From positions 39,308,001 to 39,372,000 of the forward strand of contig OX597817.1 of assembly GCA_951406725.2 (NCBI GenBank): a stretch of 64,000 nt of DNA. The letters are read 5' to 3'. A program made the position numbers and the translations under genes. The first letter of the stretch is position 1. Each line of letters begins with the position of its first letter. Below, piece after piece: positions 1-15,177 of this stretch. This DNA is from Octopus vulgaris. Taxonomy: Eukaryota. The notes beneath the pieces were generated by a model. The model was not told the origin of the DNA. It ran no database searches and worked only from the letters and a program-made list of their open reading frames with translations.

Positions 1-78
1 ACATAGATCTGGCTTTAGATTTATCATTCGAGTGTTTTCATAGTAATTCGTTATTTCAATGAAACAACCATAACAAAA

Positions 79-690
79 TCTTTTCTACTCTAGGCACAAG
101 GCCCGAAATCTTTGGGGAGGAGGCCAGTCGATTAGATCGACCCCAGTGCGCAACTGGTACTTAATTTATCGATCCCCGAAAGGATGAAAAGCAAAGTTGA
201 CCTTGGCGGAGTTTTGACTGAGAATGTAAAGACAGAAGAAATACCGCGAAGCATTTCGCCGGGCGTACTAATGTTCCTGCTAGCTCGCCGCCTTAGGAAT
301 AAAAGTCTTTTCTACTCTAGGCACAAGGCCCGAAAATTTGGGGAGGCGGCCAGTCGATTAGATCGAACCCCAGTACGCAACAGGTACTTAATTTATCGAC
401 CCCCGAAAGGATGAAAGGGAAAGTCAACCTCGGCTGGATTTGAACACAGAACCTTAAGACCGACGAAATACCTATTTCTTTACTACCCACAAGGGGCTAA
501 AAACAGAGAGGACAAACAAGGACAGACAAACGGATTAAGCCGGTTATATCGACCCCAGTGCTTAATTGGTACTTATTTAATCGACCCCGAAAGGATGAAA
601 GGCAAAGTCGACCTCGGCGGAATTTGAACTCAGACGAAATATCGCTAAGCATTTCGCCCAGCGTGCTAAAGTTTCTGCTAGCTCGCCGCC
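79..690 (-). mobile_element. Composite of tRNA-derived SINE family M (monomer 79-292 plus dimer 306-690)
   Basis: Minus strand reads GGCGGCGAGCTAGCAG..(A box)..GAGTTCAAATTCCGCC (B box), then GCCTTTCATCCTTTCGGGGTCGATAAATTAAGTACCAG (resembles a Meta-SINE-type central domain, from memory). Direct repeat AACAACCATAA at 63-73 and 693-703 flanks the whole block. Confidence 0.85.
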
Positions 691-1099
691 CTAACAACCA
701 TAATATAATCATACTCTTACCGGCTTCACAGCACGCCCATCCAAGGGGCCAAAATCATACACTCCATTGTATTCTTTATTCGAAACCGATTGGTAAGATC
801 AGCCTTTATTGATTTAGTGCAAGGCTGTTTTAAGAACATTATAGTCCTCATCCGGGTAAAGGCAAAGCAATGCACAGGGGCCTCAGGACCTTCCTGATGT
901 ATAGGCACACAGGGCAGTTGCCCGGGACCTCACGAATTAGGGGGCCTAATTTTGATCTATATACTATGTGGCTTGCTGTCAATAAATAAACCTTACAGCG
1001 TCCAGTGCCCTGATTTGTTTGGGGTGAGTGGGGCTATAATTCTGCTTTAATGGTTCTACCTATATTATTTATTTATTGATAGCAATCCTCAGCATATAT

Positions 1100-1345
1100 A
1101 GCTAAGCAATGGACCCCTAGTTGGGCTGGCAACATCACGCAGCTGGAGGACAAAAGATGGACAATTAAGGTGACAGAACGGACACCAAAAGAATGGACAA
1201 GATCAAGAATTCGATCAAAGACAAGATGGGGAGATGATCTCACCCACTATTGGGGGCTTACATTGCTACGATTGTTCAGAGACAGACAGCTGTGGTAGGA
1301 GTCCAGTAAGGGGTTACTTCTTCAGGAATGATGAAGCCCTGGATA
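1100..1345 (+). mobile_element. RTE-clade LINE 3' fragment (degenerate)
   Basis: Translates as WAGNITQLEDKRWTIKVTERTPKEWTRSRIRSKTRWGDDL, matching the RTE C-terminal pattern WAGH..R...RW....EW.P....R.RGRP..RW.D. Confidence 0.7.
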
Positions 1346-1723
1346 TAGAAGAGAAAGGGCCCCTAAGCACTTTGGTTCCCATGCACCAAATACTGGTATT
1401 GAAATAGCTGAAAATGACTCTCAAACTATAATTGAATTACATCAGTATATAAATCGGTGATTCCAGTACCTAGTTTCCAAGTAAACATATGGTAATTAAA
1501 TAAATTATGAGAGAAAATACGTTAAGAAATTCAATACGATAATTCAATGCGAAATACGAAGACCTATTTTCCCATGTCATAGTAAATATATTACTCGTTT
1601 TATGACGTCATGGATTTGCTTTCTAGTGCATCTATCTATCAACTAATAAGTGTGTGAATATATACTGGAACACACCTTTCTTGTCTGTGGGTCTGTCTGT
1701 CTGTCTCTGTCTCTGTCTCTCTC

Positions 1724-2447
<724 letters not shown>

Positions 2448-2552
2448 TATATATATATATATATATATATATGGTTTTGTGTGTGTATTTATTTATATGT
2501 ATATATATATATATACACACATATGCATACATATCTATATACATACATATAC

Positions 2553-2606
<54 letters not shown>

Positions 2607-2684
2607 TTTTGTGTGTGTATTTATTTATATGTATATATATATATACACACATATGCATACATATCTATATACATACATATACAT

Positions 2685-2737
<53 letters not shown>

Positions 2738-4346
2738 TATATATACATATACATGCACACATACAGATACATACATACATACATACGTACATATACATTC
2801 ATACATACAGATACATACATATACATACATGTATGTATGTACTTATGCATGAGTGTGTGCCCATGTGTGTATATGTGTGTATGTATGTATGTCTATATCT
2901 ATTTGTTGTATACGTATACGAGTGTACATGTGTGTGTGTGAGTGAGTATGTGTGTGTCTGTGTGTGTGTGTGTGTTATAATAAAGTTATTATTTTAGAAC
3001 TAGTCTAAGAATAAAAGTGCAACATTTACTGAGAGCAGAGTCGAAGTCTTACTCAAGTTGCGCTATATCTGTGTTGTTTCTGTCTGCCTGTCTAATTATC
3101 TATCTAAATTCGTGTGTTTGCGTGCATGTTCAGTGCAGAATAAAAGACCTTTACAAGGTACAAGGTGTTCTTAGATTTGCTATTCATAACCCTGCTACTA
3201 TATTGTGCTGGGTGATTCTGCAAATTCTTTATCGCTGTTGTTCAGCTAATAATTTGGACACTGTGAGAGAGTTATGTATCAATTGATATAGAAGTTGCTG
3301 ATTCGAGTTTGGAAATGGTAAAAAAATATTAGGTTCTTTGGATTCATTGCAAAATAAGCAAATATTTTTTCAGAATAACAAAATCGTAAGACATCATCAC
3401 AACACAAAAAAATTCGCCATTCTGACGAAGAAAAAGTTGATTTCCAACCGTCTGGAAGTCAGATAAGCAGAGAGCGTTACTAAGGACTCTCGTTTTATAG
3501 GATAACAATCCGTATATGTAGTTTGTGAGCTGTTTCTTGTTTTTTGCAAGTTTACGCTTGTAAAATAAACTCAGAAGGAAAATTTCAGGATTCTCGCTGA
3601 ATATCAAACTTACAAACGAAGTTGTTCACTGCTTGATATGATATGTTCTATGTACTTGCACTGGAATTACAACAAAAGGTCACGACTGTAGCTTCCAAAG
3701 GTTTAAGGCAAGATTCGAAAACAAATCTACAATTTCCTACAAGTCCTCTGTCTATTTTTCTCGCCTTTTGCACGCGGAAATTTATGAGAATAAACTGAAT
3801 TTTTAAGCTTCTCGAGTCAAACGGATGGTCAGGGTTGAATAGAGAGGAAAAATCTTTTGTTCAGTCAGAACTATTGTCGCCTCGACAAATGAAGGTTCAA
3901 CAAGACACAGCAGACCACTTCACTCTAAGGCTGCTTGTGTGCCGGTTCAAAGCTGAAGGCTTCCAATATCATCCTCCACCTTCCCTGTCGCTTCTTTTCC
4001 TATCGCTACTAAACTTATGAAGGAAGTGTGATGATGATGGTGTCTTAGTTTTGCTGAACAACTTGCACGATGGATATTATCATAGTGGGCATAGTTTGTG
4101 CTGAGTGAGCCTCACTCTTTCGTCTTACAAACTTGTATTGGTCAGTGCAACAAGTGCCACAAGCCCAGCAATTATCAAGATGTATCTGGAATAATCGACA
4201 AACTTATAGTTATATCAATTGTTTAAGTAATAATCTTGAAGCTTTGGGTTTTCATGCGAAGAAAGGTTGATGACCAAAAATGCTTTTGGAAATGAATCTG
4301 TGTGAGGAAGAGTGAAAATATGCAATACTTTTCTAGAGTATAATAT

Positions 4347-4676
4347 CTTTTACTTGTTTCAGTTATTGGACTTTGGCTATATGGATGCAGTACATATTTA
4401 TTTAAAAGTCTGCTACGTTACTTGTGTTCCCCCACCCCGCGCTAAGTTACGGGGACGTAAACAAACCAACACCGGTTGTCAAGCGGTGGTGGAATACACA
4501 CACACTCATACACACGCACACACACACAAACGCACACACATAACCAACTTGTACAGAGTTTCCATCCACCAACTTCACTCACAGGGCATCTGTAGGAGAC
4601 ACTTACTCAAGGTGCCGCACAGAGGGACTAAATCCGAAACCTTGTGGTTGCAAAGCGACTTCATAACCACACAGCT
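4347..4676 (-). mobile_element. SINE family C, degenerate
   Basis: Homologous to 2037-2447 in reverse. Confidence 0.7.
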
Positions 4677-5456
4677 ATAGAAATTCATATAATTCGAAAA
4701 TAAATAATCTTGTACGTTTTAATATTAAGTATATTATCTGGTTTGCAATGAATGAATTCACGTAGAAAGGAGTCGGGAGTTTCATCTGGTAATTTAGATC
4801 AAAAAGAATTTCGCTTTTTCGTGCATAGTTCGAGTGCAGGATGTTATAAGCTTCGGAATCCTTTTTACTGTTGTTATTGTGTAAATTTCAATGAAATAGA
4901 ATTTATTAGAATAACTCAAAGAATTAAAAACGGAAGATAACGAGACCATATGTAACACGCATTCTTACACATATACGTATATTTCTGTTGTGATGTGATT
5001 TCACTTTAAGAGACCGTCAAAGGAAAGCGTAGTATCTTTTCTTTTAGCACAAATAAAACCAAGTCAACAACTACATACATACACAAACTAAAAAAAAAAG
5101 CATCTTTGATTCACTGATAATATTTAAATACATTAAGGGGTAGGTGTAAGCGATGGCTGTTATGATATCTTCTGATCTTTTTATTGCTTTACATAACCCC
5201 AGCCAAAATAATAAAGTTACTTCAAAATAACTGGTCACTTTGATTTTCTCCATTTCAGTTGATAACCTCTGTTTATTTTAATCTCTTCCACACTGATTAT
5301 GTGATGCGGTGAACACCCGTTTCTTTTACACTAACATTTGTTGTGACACACATGTACACACACGTAGAGACTACACAAATACATGCACTAATACATACAT
5401 GCATTCATACATACATACATACATACATACATACATACATACATACATACATACAT

Positions 5457-5515
<59 letters not shown>

Positions 5516-6273
5516 TATATATATTATGTATATATATATATTATGTATATATATATTATGTATATATCACAAACAATTCAATCGCATACGTTTAACACAT
5601 ATTTACACACACACATGCGCGTGCGCATCATACATTCTTTTGTACGTGTCGCTAACACTTCAATCAAGTTTCACGCCTACACATTAATTAATGCACGTAC
5701 ACGTATGCACAACACATGAGCACATAATTACACATACACATCCATACGTATTTTGTACGTATCGCCAACAATTTAATCAAGCTTCACGCACACATATACA
5801 TTATCATACTCAAGCACACACATGCACACACTCATAAATACAGATGCAGATACACTAGCACTCATGCACAAAGAATAACAAATACGCACACATGCAACTA
5901 TGCATGCACACATATACACACAAATGCACACACAATTCACATTCGTACACACAAACACACGCAGATACACAGATGCACACACACATATACCCGGATACAT
6001 GCATACATATTTTGTATATATTGCCAATAATTCACTCGCGCTTAAAGCTTATACACACACACACCCTTTCTCTCTCTTACACACATATCACTCGTATACA
6101 CATACGTATATAAAAAAAAAAAAGGCCAGTCGCCAAGTAATTTATACACACACACATGCATGTACGCACATTAACATTTGATGCCAGAATGTTAGAATGT
6201 CAGCAACTTAGAGGGTGACCTAAAAACAGAATTATGAAAAACTGCTCTTAAAAAAAATAACAAAAATACCGGG

Positions 6274-6350
<77 letters not shown>

Positions 6351-6766
6351 AGATACAAGAATGTCAAACGGAACGAAATTGCAATGAAAAAGAGAAGAAC
6401 AAACACATTATTTTTATTACAAAGAAATTTATTCCAATACAGAAATATATATTGATTTAATTAGAGGAGCAACAGAAGTGATTGGAAAACCTCGCTAGTT
6501 CACAGAGTTGTGTTATAAATGTTTGGCATATTGGCATCAGACCTGATCACTGTTGCGAAATTCTTTGGATTTATTTACATAATGCATACATGAAAAGATG
6601 CGGAATTAATTTGCTGGGATAAATCACCCAGTAAATTAATTTATGATATCCTGTGCTCGAAATACAGACGATACCAAATTCCTTTTGATGTTATAACCAG
6701 ATGAAACTCTCGATTCCTTTCAACACAAATTCGTTCATTTCATATCAGTTAATAGATATACCTAAT

Positions 6767-6972
6767 ATTGGTTTCAAATTTTGGTACAAGGCCAGCAATT
6801 TCGAGAAAGCGGGTAAGTCGATTACATCAACCTTAATATTCAACTGCACTTATTTTATCGATCCCGAAAGGATGAAAGGCAAAGTCGACTTCGGTGGAAT
6901 TTGAACTCAGACCACGAAGACAGACGCAATGCTGCTAAGCATTTTGCCCGGCGTGCTAAGGATTCTCCCACC
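6767..6972 (-). mobile_element. SINE family M monomer
   Basis: Homologous to 79-292. Confidence 0.8.
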
Positions 6973-7721
6973 CTATATATACTCAATATTTATTTCTATA
7001 TTCGTTTCAATGAAGGAGTGAATTGGAGCAGCAATGAGTTGTGACGTCACTAGTACCAAGCTGTATCGGCTTTTGCCTTTCCCTTGGATAACATCGGCGT
7101 CGTGGAGAGGGGAGACTAGTATGCATGGGCGACTACTGGTCTTTCAAAAACAACCTTTGAGCTCCAGTGCCTCAATATGATTTAAGGGTTAAGCTAAGGA
7201 TAACTTTCTAGGTGCAATTCCGTTTTCATTCATTTGTTTCAACATTAGTTTCTAATTTTTGACAGAAGGCCAGCTCACATCTCGTATATACCTAATATTA
7301 AAACTGAAAAGATTATCAATTTACAAGTTATACAAATTCCATGTACGTATTAAACTTCAGAAAAGTATTGCATATTTTCACTGTTCCTCAAACAAATGGA
7401 ATTCGCAAAAACCATGTTTGCTCATCTTTTTCTTTACCTGATAATCCCTGTGTTTCAAGATTGTTACTTAAACAGTATCATGACTTCGTCAATTATTACT
7501 GACACAAACGTGATTTATAGCAGTGAAAATTGCAGTTCCCTTGCCAAAACATTAATGCAGCTTTTCCCTCCTTGCCATCGTGCTTCTGCATATATTTCTT
7601 TTCAGGGAACCATTGGCAATTCTATTTAAAATAGCTTCTGTTAAACAGCACCTAACAGTTATTTTTTATATTTTTGAATGAAACAATTACGATGCAATTT
7701 TGTTTTGCAAAGCTCATTGTC

Positions 7722-7798
<77 letters not shown>

Positions 7799-8127
7799 AA
7801 CAAACAGACACACAAAAGTTATGTCAAAGTAGTTGACCTGTTAAAACATGAACAGGACCGAAGTCCTCGGCATAACCCTTAAATCATATTGAGGCACTGG
7901 AGCTCAAATTAAGGGATTTGCTGATTAGACACCTGCTCCAAAAATATCAAATTTAGGGGTATGGAATAAACTTTCAGCAGAAAATTAGGTCTGATATGTT
8001 TGTTTGTCTGTCTGTCTATCTATCTAACTTGCTATCTAGCTAACTAGCTACTTAGATTGATAGATAGATAGATATGTATATTTATATATAGATTCAGCAG
8101 AGCAGGAGCACGCACGAGAACGGAAAG

Positions 8128-8172
8128 TGTCGCTGAAGAGGTCACAAATGTGTGACGAAAGATTTCCGGATA
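8128..8172 (+). ncRNA. Possible degenerate minimal hammerhead ribozyme
   Basis: CTGAAGA-G-GTCAC-AAATGT-GTGAC-GAAA-GAT-TTC: core and stem II present, stems I and III weak. Confidence 0.35.
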
Positions 8173-8928
8173 ATGGGCATGAGTTAATATAGGTACAGTA
8201 ATAAACGAGTGAAGAACGAATATATAGTGCGTGTGTTTATTTGGCAAAAAATTAAAAATGACCAGCCTGAAATGTAACTATATATACATACATATATAGA
8301 TAGATAGATAGATAGATACATACATACATACATACATACATACATACATACATACATACATACATACATACATACATACATACATACACACACATATAAT
8401 ATGATATATATATAAATACATACACATATGTGTGTGTGTGTGGGTGTATATATATATATATAAGTAAAAACATAAGGGATTACCCCAAAACGAGTTTGCT
8501 TCCAGTTAGGTATTCAAAAATGTTATTCAACAGTTAAGATATAAATCCAGTAAAGTTCTCATAAGATAAAAAATTAGAGGAATATTCCGTTGGATTATTC
8601 TGAATATATTTCATTAACGATATAGCTTTCCTGAAGTGTAAGTATTGATAATATAAAAATAAGGATTACTCCGAAGTGGCAATAGCATTAACTTTAATTC
8701 GATTATTATATACCACCTTTAAGAAGTACACATGTTTCAATTGCAAAAGAATTGTTGGTCTTAAAAGGCGGTATATAATTATCGAATTGAAGGTAATGCT
8801 ATTGCTACTTCAGAGTAATCCTTATTTTTATATTGTTAACATATGTATTATATATTAACTGCTAAATCAGCATGTTATTTAAAAAAAAATTCTATCTCTG
8901 CTTATGTCCTCGGGATGATCATATTTCT

Positions 8929-9344
8929 TATTTCTTTATTGCCCACAAGGGGGCTAAACATCGAGGGGACAAACAAAGACAGACAAAGGGATTAAGTCGA
9001 TTACATCGACACTAGTGCGTAACTGGTACTTAATTTATCGACCCCGAAAGGATGAAAGGCAAAGTCGACCTCGGTGGAATTTGAACTCAGAACGTAGCGG
9101 CAGACGAAATACCTATTTCTTTACCACCCACAAGGGGCTAAACACAGAGAGGACAAACAAAGACAGACAAACGGATTAAGTCGATTACATCGACCCCAGT
9201 GCGTAACTGGTACTTAATTTATCGACCCCGAAAGGATGAAAGGCAAAATCGACCTCGGCGGAATTTGAACTCAAAACGTAACGGCAGACGAAATACGGCT
9301 AAGCATTTTGCCTGGCGTGTTAACGTTTCTGCCAGCTCGCTGCC
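8929..9344 (-). mobile_element. SINE family M dimer with Tx1-like tails
   Basis: Two units joined at AAAGAAATA|GGTATTTCGTCTG (minus strand); 14-bp TSD ATGATCATATTTCT at 8915-8928 and 9347-9360. Confidence 0.9.
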
Positions 9345-9642
9345 TTATGATCATATTTCTGTCAGTTAAACGCATGCACTATACACTTGGTCTTCACTTC
9401 AGCTTTGTTATTGTTATTATTTTAGTGTTCTTTGTCTAATCTCTTTCGCCACACATCCTGTGACCTCTTCAACGACTCTTTATCCCACGTATCTCCTTTT
9501 GTAATGGACTAAATAGAACAAGCGAAATGCATGGGATAAAGAGTGTTCAATTGGCAAAATATGACCAATCCCAAATATAACATCTGTTTCAACACACGAT
9601 TTCACATCAAGAAACTTACAAAACAAATACATAAACGTATAG

Positions 9643-9697
<55 letters not shown>

Positions 9698-9756
9698 TAC
9701 ATACATACATACAGACAGACAGACAGACAGACAGACTGATATATATATATATATAT

Positions 9757-9802
<46 letters not shown>

Positions 9803-10439
9803 GGATTGTTTTGAATAAATTAACTCCACGACTTGAAGGGAACTAAGTGTTTCATTCGACCCTCACGTATCAAAAGAAAGTTCACATATTCGCAATTCGA
9901 GCACACAATATCATATATTTCGAAATCCTTTTTGAAATTAATTCTAAAGATTGAAACATTTTGGAATACGTATTCCACCTACGATTCCAGTTTCTTTTCT
10001 TTCAGAGTTGGAAAATGTATCATGCAGAGTTTTTATTTATTTATTTATCTATTTTTTTTAGTTGCGTTATGAACAATCAATGCAGAATTGATCCAAAGTT
10101 CCTGGTATTGGCAATACGGAAAAGCTATAATTTCAAACATAGATAATTCCAATGAACGGTGATAGCATATCGATCAGGTATGACAATTCACATAATCCTT
10201 TTTGATCTCCTAATTCCAAAATGGGAATGACTTTATTATCCATGAAAAGCTTTACTTCATGTTTTAACTCATACGTGTGCTTATTTTTTTATATCTAAAT
10301 CTTCACAATGGGGCAATCAATCTCCCTATTCTGCTTCGTGGTCATTCAAAAAAATATCTTTAAATTCTCTGCTGTTCAATCTCATATTTTTAATGAAGTT
10401 TATACATTTTATCACAAGTTAGATCACTAGAGAATATGC

Positions 10440-10736
10440 ACAAGTAATGGCACTCCGTCGGTTACGACGACGAAGGTTCCAGCTGATCCGATCAACGGAA
10501 CAACCAGCTCGTGAAATTAATGTGCAAGTGGCTGAACACTCCCCAAACACCCGTACCCTTAACGTGGTTCTCAGAGATTCAGCGTGATACAGAGTGTGAA
10601 AAGGCAGGTCCTTTGAAATACGAGTACTAGTGATTTTTGCCTGCTGAGTGGAGTGGAACAACGTGACATAAAGTGTCCGCTAGGAATCGAACACATGACC
10701 TTACGATCATGAGCCTAATACCCCTAAGCCACGCGG
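10440..10736 (-). mobile_element. tRNA-derived SINE (third family)
   Basis: Minus-strand head CGCGTGGCTTAGGGGTATTAGGCTCATGATCGTAAGGTCATGTGTTCGATTCC with A/B boxes; central domain shared with 40180-40270. Confidence 0.6.
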
Positions 10737-11536
10737 CGATTCCAGGTTATCAGCGTCACACGGGCTTATCACAGATTTCGTATAAGATGCATACCTACTC
10801 GGAGAATTTCACGTTTTTCCGCAATATTTCTAGCCCCAAATGGCTTTTCTTTAATATCTAACACTATGTCTTTCTCCATTTCAAAGTTAAGGGTAAAAAT
10901 AAAGCAACCCTGCAACACACAACTGATCTTTACGCACATACGCACAGAATAACAGCAAACAAATAACGTCAGAGGAGTGCACAACAAACATCAGCGATCT
11001 GATTGTCGCCTATACTCTTGACAAGAGATGCCAGATAGTATTTTACACCTACCAGGCTCGTTCGTATTAGCCCGAGTTGCTGGATACTTTTTCGTCCCTT
11101 TAAGAATATTGCAGAACAGAAACTTTTCATAGCTAGGAATTTAAATCCTAATCTCTATAGAAATTTATTGTTTCAATAAAACATTGAATTTGAATTACTT
11201 TTAATTTTTAGGATTATAGATAACAACTCGGGCTGTAACTTCTGAGACCGAGTCAAGCGTGTGTGAACTATGTCGAGGGAACGTCTGCTACGAATGATAT
11301 TTTTTGACACAGGGCATCTCTAAGACGACCGCCAGACGCTGAATGAAAATATATGAACTGCGACTTGGCGCAAAAGAGGAACCTGAGTTATTGGCTGCAA
11401 TTACATACTCGGAGTCAGTGTAGGCAGAAATTAAATCAGCTTGCAAATGCACGTTCACTTTACTAGATTTATTCTCGGGCTATGCCCGAACAAGCCGAGT
11501 GCCGGAGTCGCCACTGATATATATATATATATATAT

Positions 11537-11840
11537 CTTCGCCCTTTTCAAGCCTAGCCAGTCTCATGGGCCCGGTTTCCCGGTTTCTGTGGCGTATGTG
11601 TTCACCCCCAACTGGACCGGACGCCAGTCCATTGCAGCGTTACTCAAGAAACAAGAAGAGAGAATGAGAGGAGGTTGTAGCGAAAGAGTACAACAGGGGT
11701 CGCCCCCCCCCTGCCGGAGCTTCGTGGTGTTTTTAGGTATTTTCGGTCAATAAACACACACAACGCCCGGTTTGGGAATCGAAACCACGTTCCTCCGACC
11801 GCGAGTCCGCTGCCTTAAACACTGGGCTATTGTGCCTCCA
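11537..11840 (-). mobile_element. tRNA(Arg)-like SINE family R
   Basis: Head GGAGGCACAATAGCCCAGTG..GCGGACTCGCGGTCGGAGG..TTCGATTCCC; tail GAAACCGGGAAACCGGGCCCATGAG..GGCTTGAAAAGGGCG; homologous to 16798, 38313 and 46733. Confidence 0.8.
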
Positions 11841-12089
11841 CACGCACGCACACACACACACACACACACACACGTATATTTTATTGCTGGAAAAACAGTG
11901 ACACCCCATTACGATTTGCGAATGCAGTTAACAGTTTTCCAGTTCTTTGTTGATTAAAACAATTCCCTTCTGAGATGCTACAATAAATGGATGCTATACC
12001 CACTGACAATAACTACGTCGTTGAATATTTCGTAGACTAACTTGAAATCACTTATTACTGATTTGAATTCAGAAAGAAAAAAAACGATA

Positions 12090-12450
12090 GGCGCAGGTAT
12101 TGCTGTGTGGTTAACAAGCCCACTTCGCAATCATGTAGTACGGCATCATGTCAGATAGGTGTCTTCTAGTATAGCCTTGGCCAACCATTGCTTTATGATT
12201 GAATTTGGTAAACAGGAACTGCGTGGATGTCCGTCGTATATGTGTGTGGTTTTGTGTCTATACTTGTCTCCCACCGATTGACGACTAGTGTTGGTTTGTT
12301 TATGACCTAATAACTTAGCGGTTCGACCAATAGAATAATTAGTAGGTTAAAAAATAAATGTAAGTACAGGAGTCTATTTGTTCAACTAAAGCCATTGAAG
12401 GCTATGGTCCAGCATGGCCGTAGGCCAATGACTGAAATATTTAAAAGAAG
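12090..12450 (+). mobile_element. SINE family C, older copy
   Basis: Homologous to 2037-2447. Confidence 0.7.
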
Positions 12451-12479
12451 ATTAAAAAAGACGAAAGAAGATCGTTATC

Positions 12480-13090
12480 TCTGGTAATTGCTAAGAATCG
12501 AATATAAGTAAGTACATGTTCTCATACAGTAAAGTTTGCCGCTGACACACATATCAACAAAGCCAACTGTGCTGTATTTACTACATCAGTGATTCTAAAG
12601 CTGCTTGTTTCAGGTATAATTGGATATTGTCAGCCATGTCATTTTACTGCCAGAAAATGTCCTCCATGTTAAACTGACGTTCTGGAATTAAAATCCGTGA
12701 GGTAGCAACTATAGACGCATTAACAAATTCTCTTTTGATGTGTGGCTTCACTTTTATTTTGCAATTAGCTCACACATTTCGTAACTTGCCTGCATTACGG
12801 AACTATTTTCATATGTCGTTTGAAAATAGATTGCTGTTCACATAAAGATTCTTTTGAAAATGCTAGTGTTTTTTTTTTTGCCTTTTTAAACGCAATTCCT
12901 TTAAGTTTATCTAAACGCAGTTTCTTTGTGTTTTTCATACTCCTTATGTTTTGTCAAATAGTAGAATTCGATAATGTGTTACAAGCTGCAACCGAATCGA
13001 AACAAATAAGACATACAATTTCCATTTACTTCTTGAAAAAATAATTATCCGTCCATTTCACTCAGAAGAAAGAAACAATTGCCAGTAAGT
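12480..13090 (-). pseudogene. hAT (Charlie/SPIN/GTF2IRD2-like) transposase relic
   Basis: Minus strand encodes ..ESTDVVNTAQLALLICV (compare LDESTDxxDxAQLAIFIR), with WTDNYFF and a zf-BED-like YYLTKH upstream; frameshifted. Confidence 0.65.
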
Positions 13091-13169
13091 ATTTTTTGTC
13101 ATTTTGTCATTACCATACGTTACAGAAGATGATAGTGGTGGTGGATTACCGTTTTCTGCAGTTAATAAT

Positions 13170-13320
13170 ATTGATCTCAAATTTTGGTACAAGGCCAGCA
13201 ATTTCAGGGAAGGGGTGAATCGATTACATCAACCCCAGTGTTCAACTGGTACTTATTTTATCGACCTCCAAAAGATGAAAGGCAAAGTTGACCTCGGCGG
13301 AATTTGAACTCAGAACGTAA
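13170..13320 (-). mobile_element. SINE family M, 5'-truncated
   Basis: Homologous to 79-292. Confidence 0.75.
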
Positions 13321-14819
13321 AGGAGAAAAAAAAAGTGAAGAAATTAAGGCGATAAATTGTCAGAGTTGTTAGATCGTTGGATAAGTATGTCTCGCAGTAT
13401 TGGTTCCCACTCTCTGAATAATTGTGTTGGAATCTTACCAAACTCAACTTTGCTTTTCATCTTTTCGGGGTAGTTAAAAAGTACCAATCGAAGGTGATGG
13501 ATTGTTGGAACTGGTAGAACATCGAACAAGATGACTTGTGGTATTTCTTCTGTCTCTTTGTATTCTGACCACAATGTCTGCAAGGTCACTTAGTGCCAAG
13601 CTGCATGGGTCTTGAAGCAACAGGGGTTTCTTTTGGACAGTATCGATGGCAAAGAAAGGGGAAACTTGCATGCATGGGCACCAGTCTTCCTCGCACACTA
13701 ATAAGACTTCGTCCAGGTCGGTACGTATAGGCGCATGTATATATATATATAAACTTTTTTAAAAGGATGTATTAGTAAATCAACATTTCAAAAGGAATGA
13801 ACGAAGGTGAGCGAATAACATTAAAATAAATATAATACATACAAAGAAAATATTGTCTTTACTTTTAACATCTCGCGACATAAGCAGCGGTAGCATATAT
13901 CAAGTAGAATTGGATAGGGTTTAATCATTGCATATCTGTTAGCCATTTTTAAAGACAGTATTATTTCATATATACCAATGTATACATAGTTAATCCAAAC
14001 ATGAAAACACAAAGAGAAAACACAACAACGCGAGAACGTGGAACAAGTATAGCGTTATTGGACGCTCAGGACGCACCACACATACATGGATGTACACACA
14101 CACATAAATGGTGGCAGTCAACTCGTGTCCGTGTACCACAACTTTTTGGGAAGTTGTCAATTCCTTTCTTAGATATTAACAGGGAAGCTTGCCAAGTGAG
14201 GACAACCACCAGTTGCGAAATTGCCGGTCAGCCCTAGAATTAAGTAAGCTTTGTTTAGCGCACATTAATGTGACAAGAATCTATGAATATCCCAAACCTC
14301 CTACCTACAGGTTTGCAATAAGATACTTCTAGCTGGTCTTGCTTGAACGTTCCACAACTCCACATCACCACAGGACTTTTTGAATGATCCATAAGGTGTT
14401 TTCCAACAAGTTTCTGTGCATGTAATGAAGCACGCGTAGAATTTCATTCGTTTTCCAGATAAAACAGCTTTCCTCCTGATAGCTTAGCATCGGCTGAGAC
14501 GACCAGAAACTGAAAAATATTCACGTTTTTAGATCAGAATAGCCTTCAATTTGACAGATGTTCTAGCAAGAACTAGAAGTTCATCACTCCCGGCTTGTTT
14601 TGCGGTGAGCTCGTTCACCACAATGAATATTTATTTCAGTATCTCGGTGTAAATGCTAAATAATCATTGATGTTACGTCAGATTCACCCGTCCTTTTCTC
14701 GGGTATTGTTTTTTTCTTCTGTAGGGTTTTTAACAATCTTCTTTAAGAAGAAAACTTGGTGGGAAACCTAATTACTAGTACTGGACTACATGTTATCAGT
14801 AGTACTCGAGAGTGATCAC

Positions 14820-15009
<190 letters not shown>

Positions 15010-15114
15010 GTCTGTCTGTCTATTAGCTATCTATCTGTCTGTCTGCCTGCCTGCCTACCTACCTACCTACCTACCTACCTACCTAACTACCTACTTACCT
15101 ACTTACCTACTTAC

Positions 15115-15168
<54 letters not shown>

Positions 15169-15177
15169 CTAGATATA

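Noticed and set aside
870-1050. Harbinger-like MITE fragments (also about 32100-32245 and 34170-34228)
   Set aside because: GGGCAGTTGCCC/GGGGCC motifs are suggestive, but TIRs and TSDs could not be defined.
3340-4310. Possible decayed hAT-like transposase and a CTGACGA motif at about 3422
   Set aside because: Only a faint VHCLI-like motif; no hammerhead helices around the CTGACGA; too weak to call by eye.
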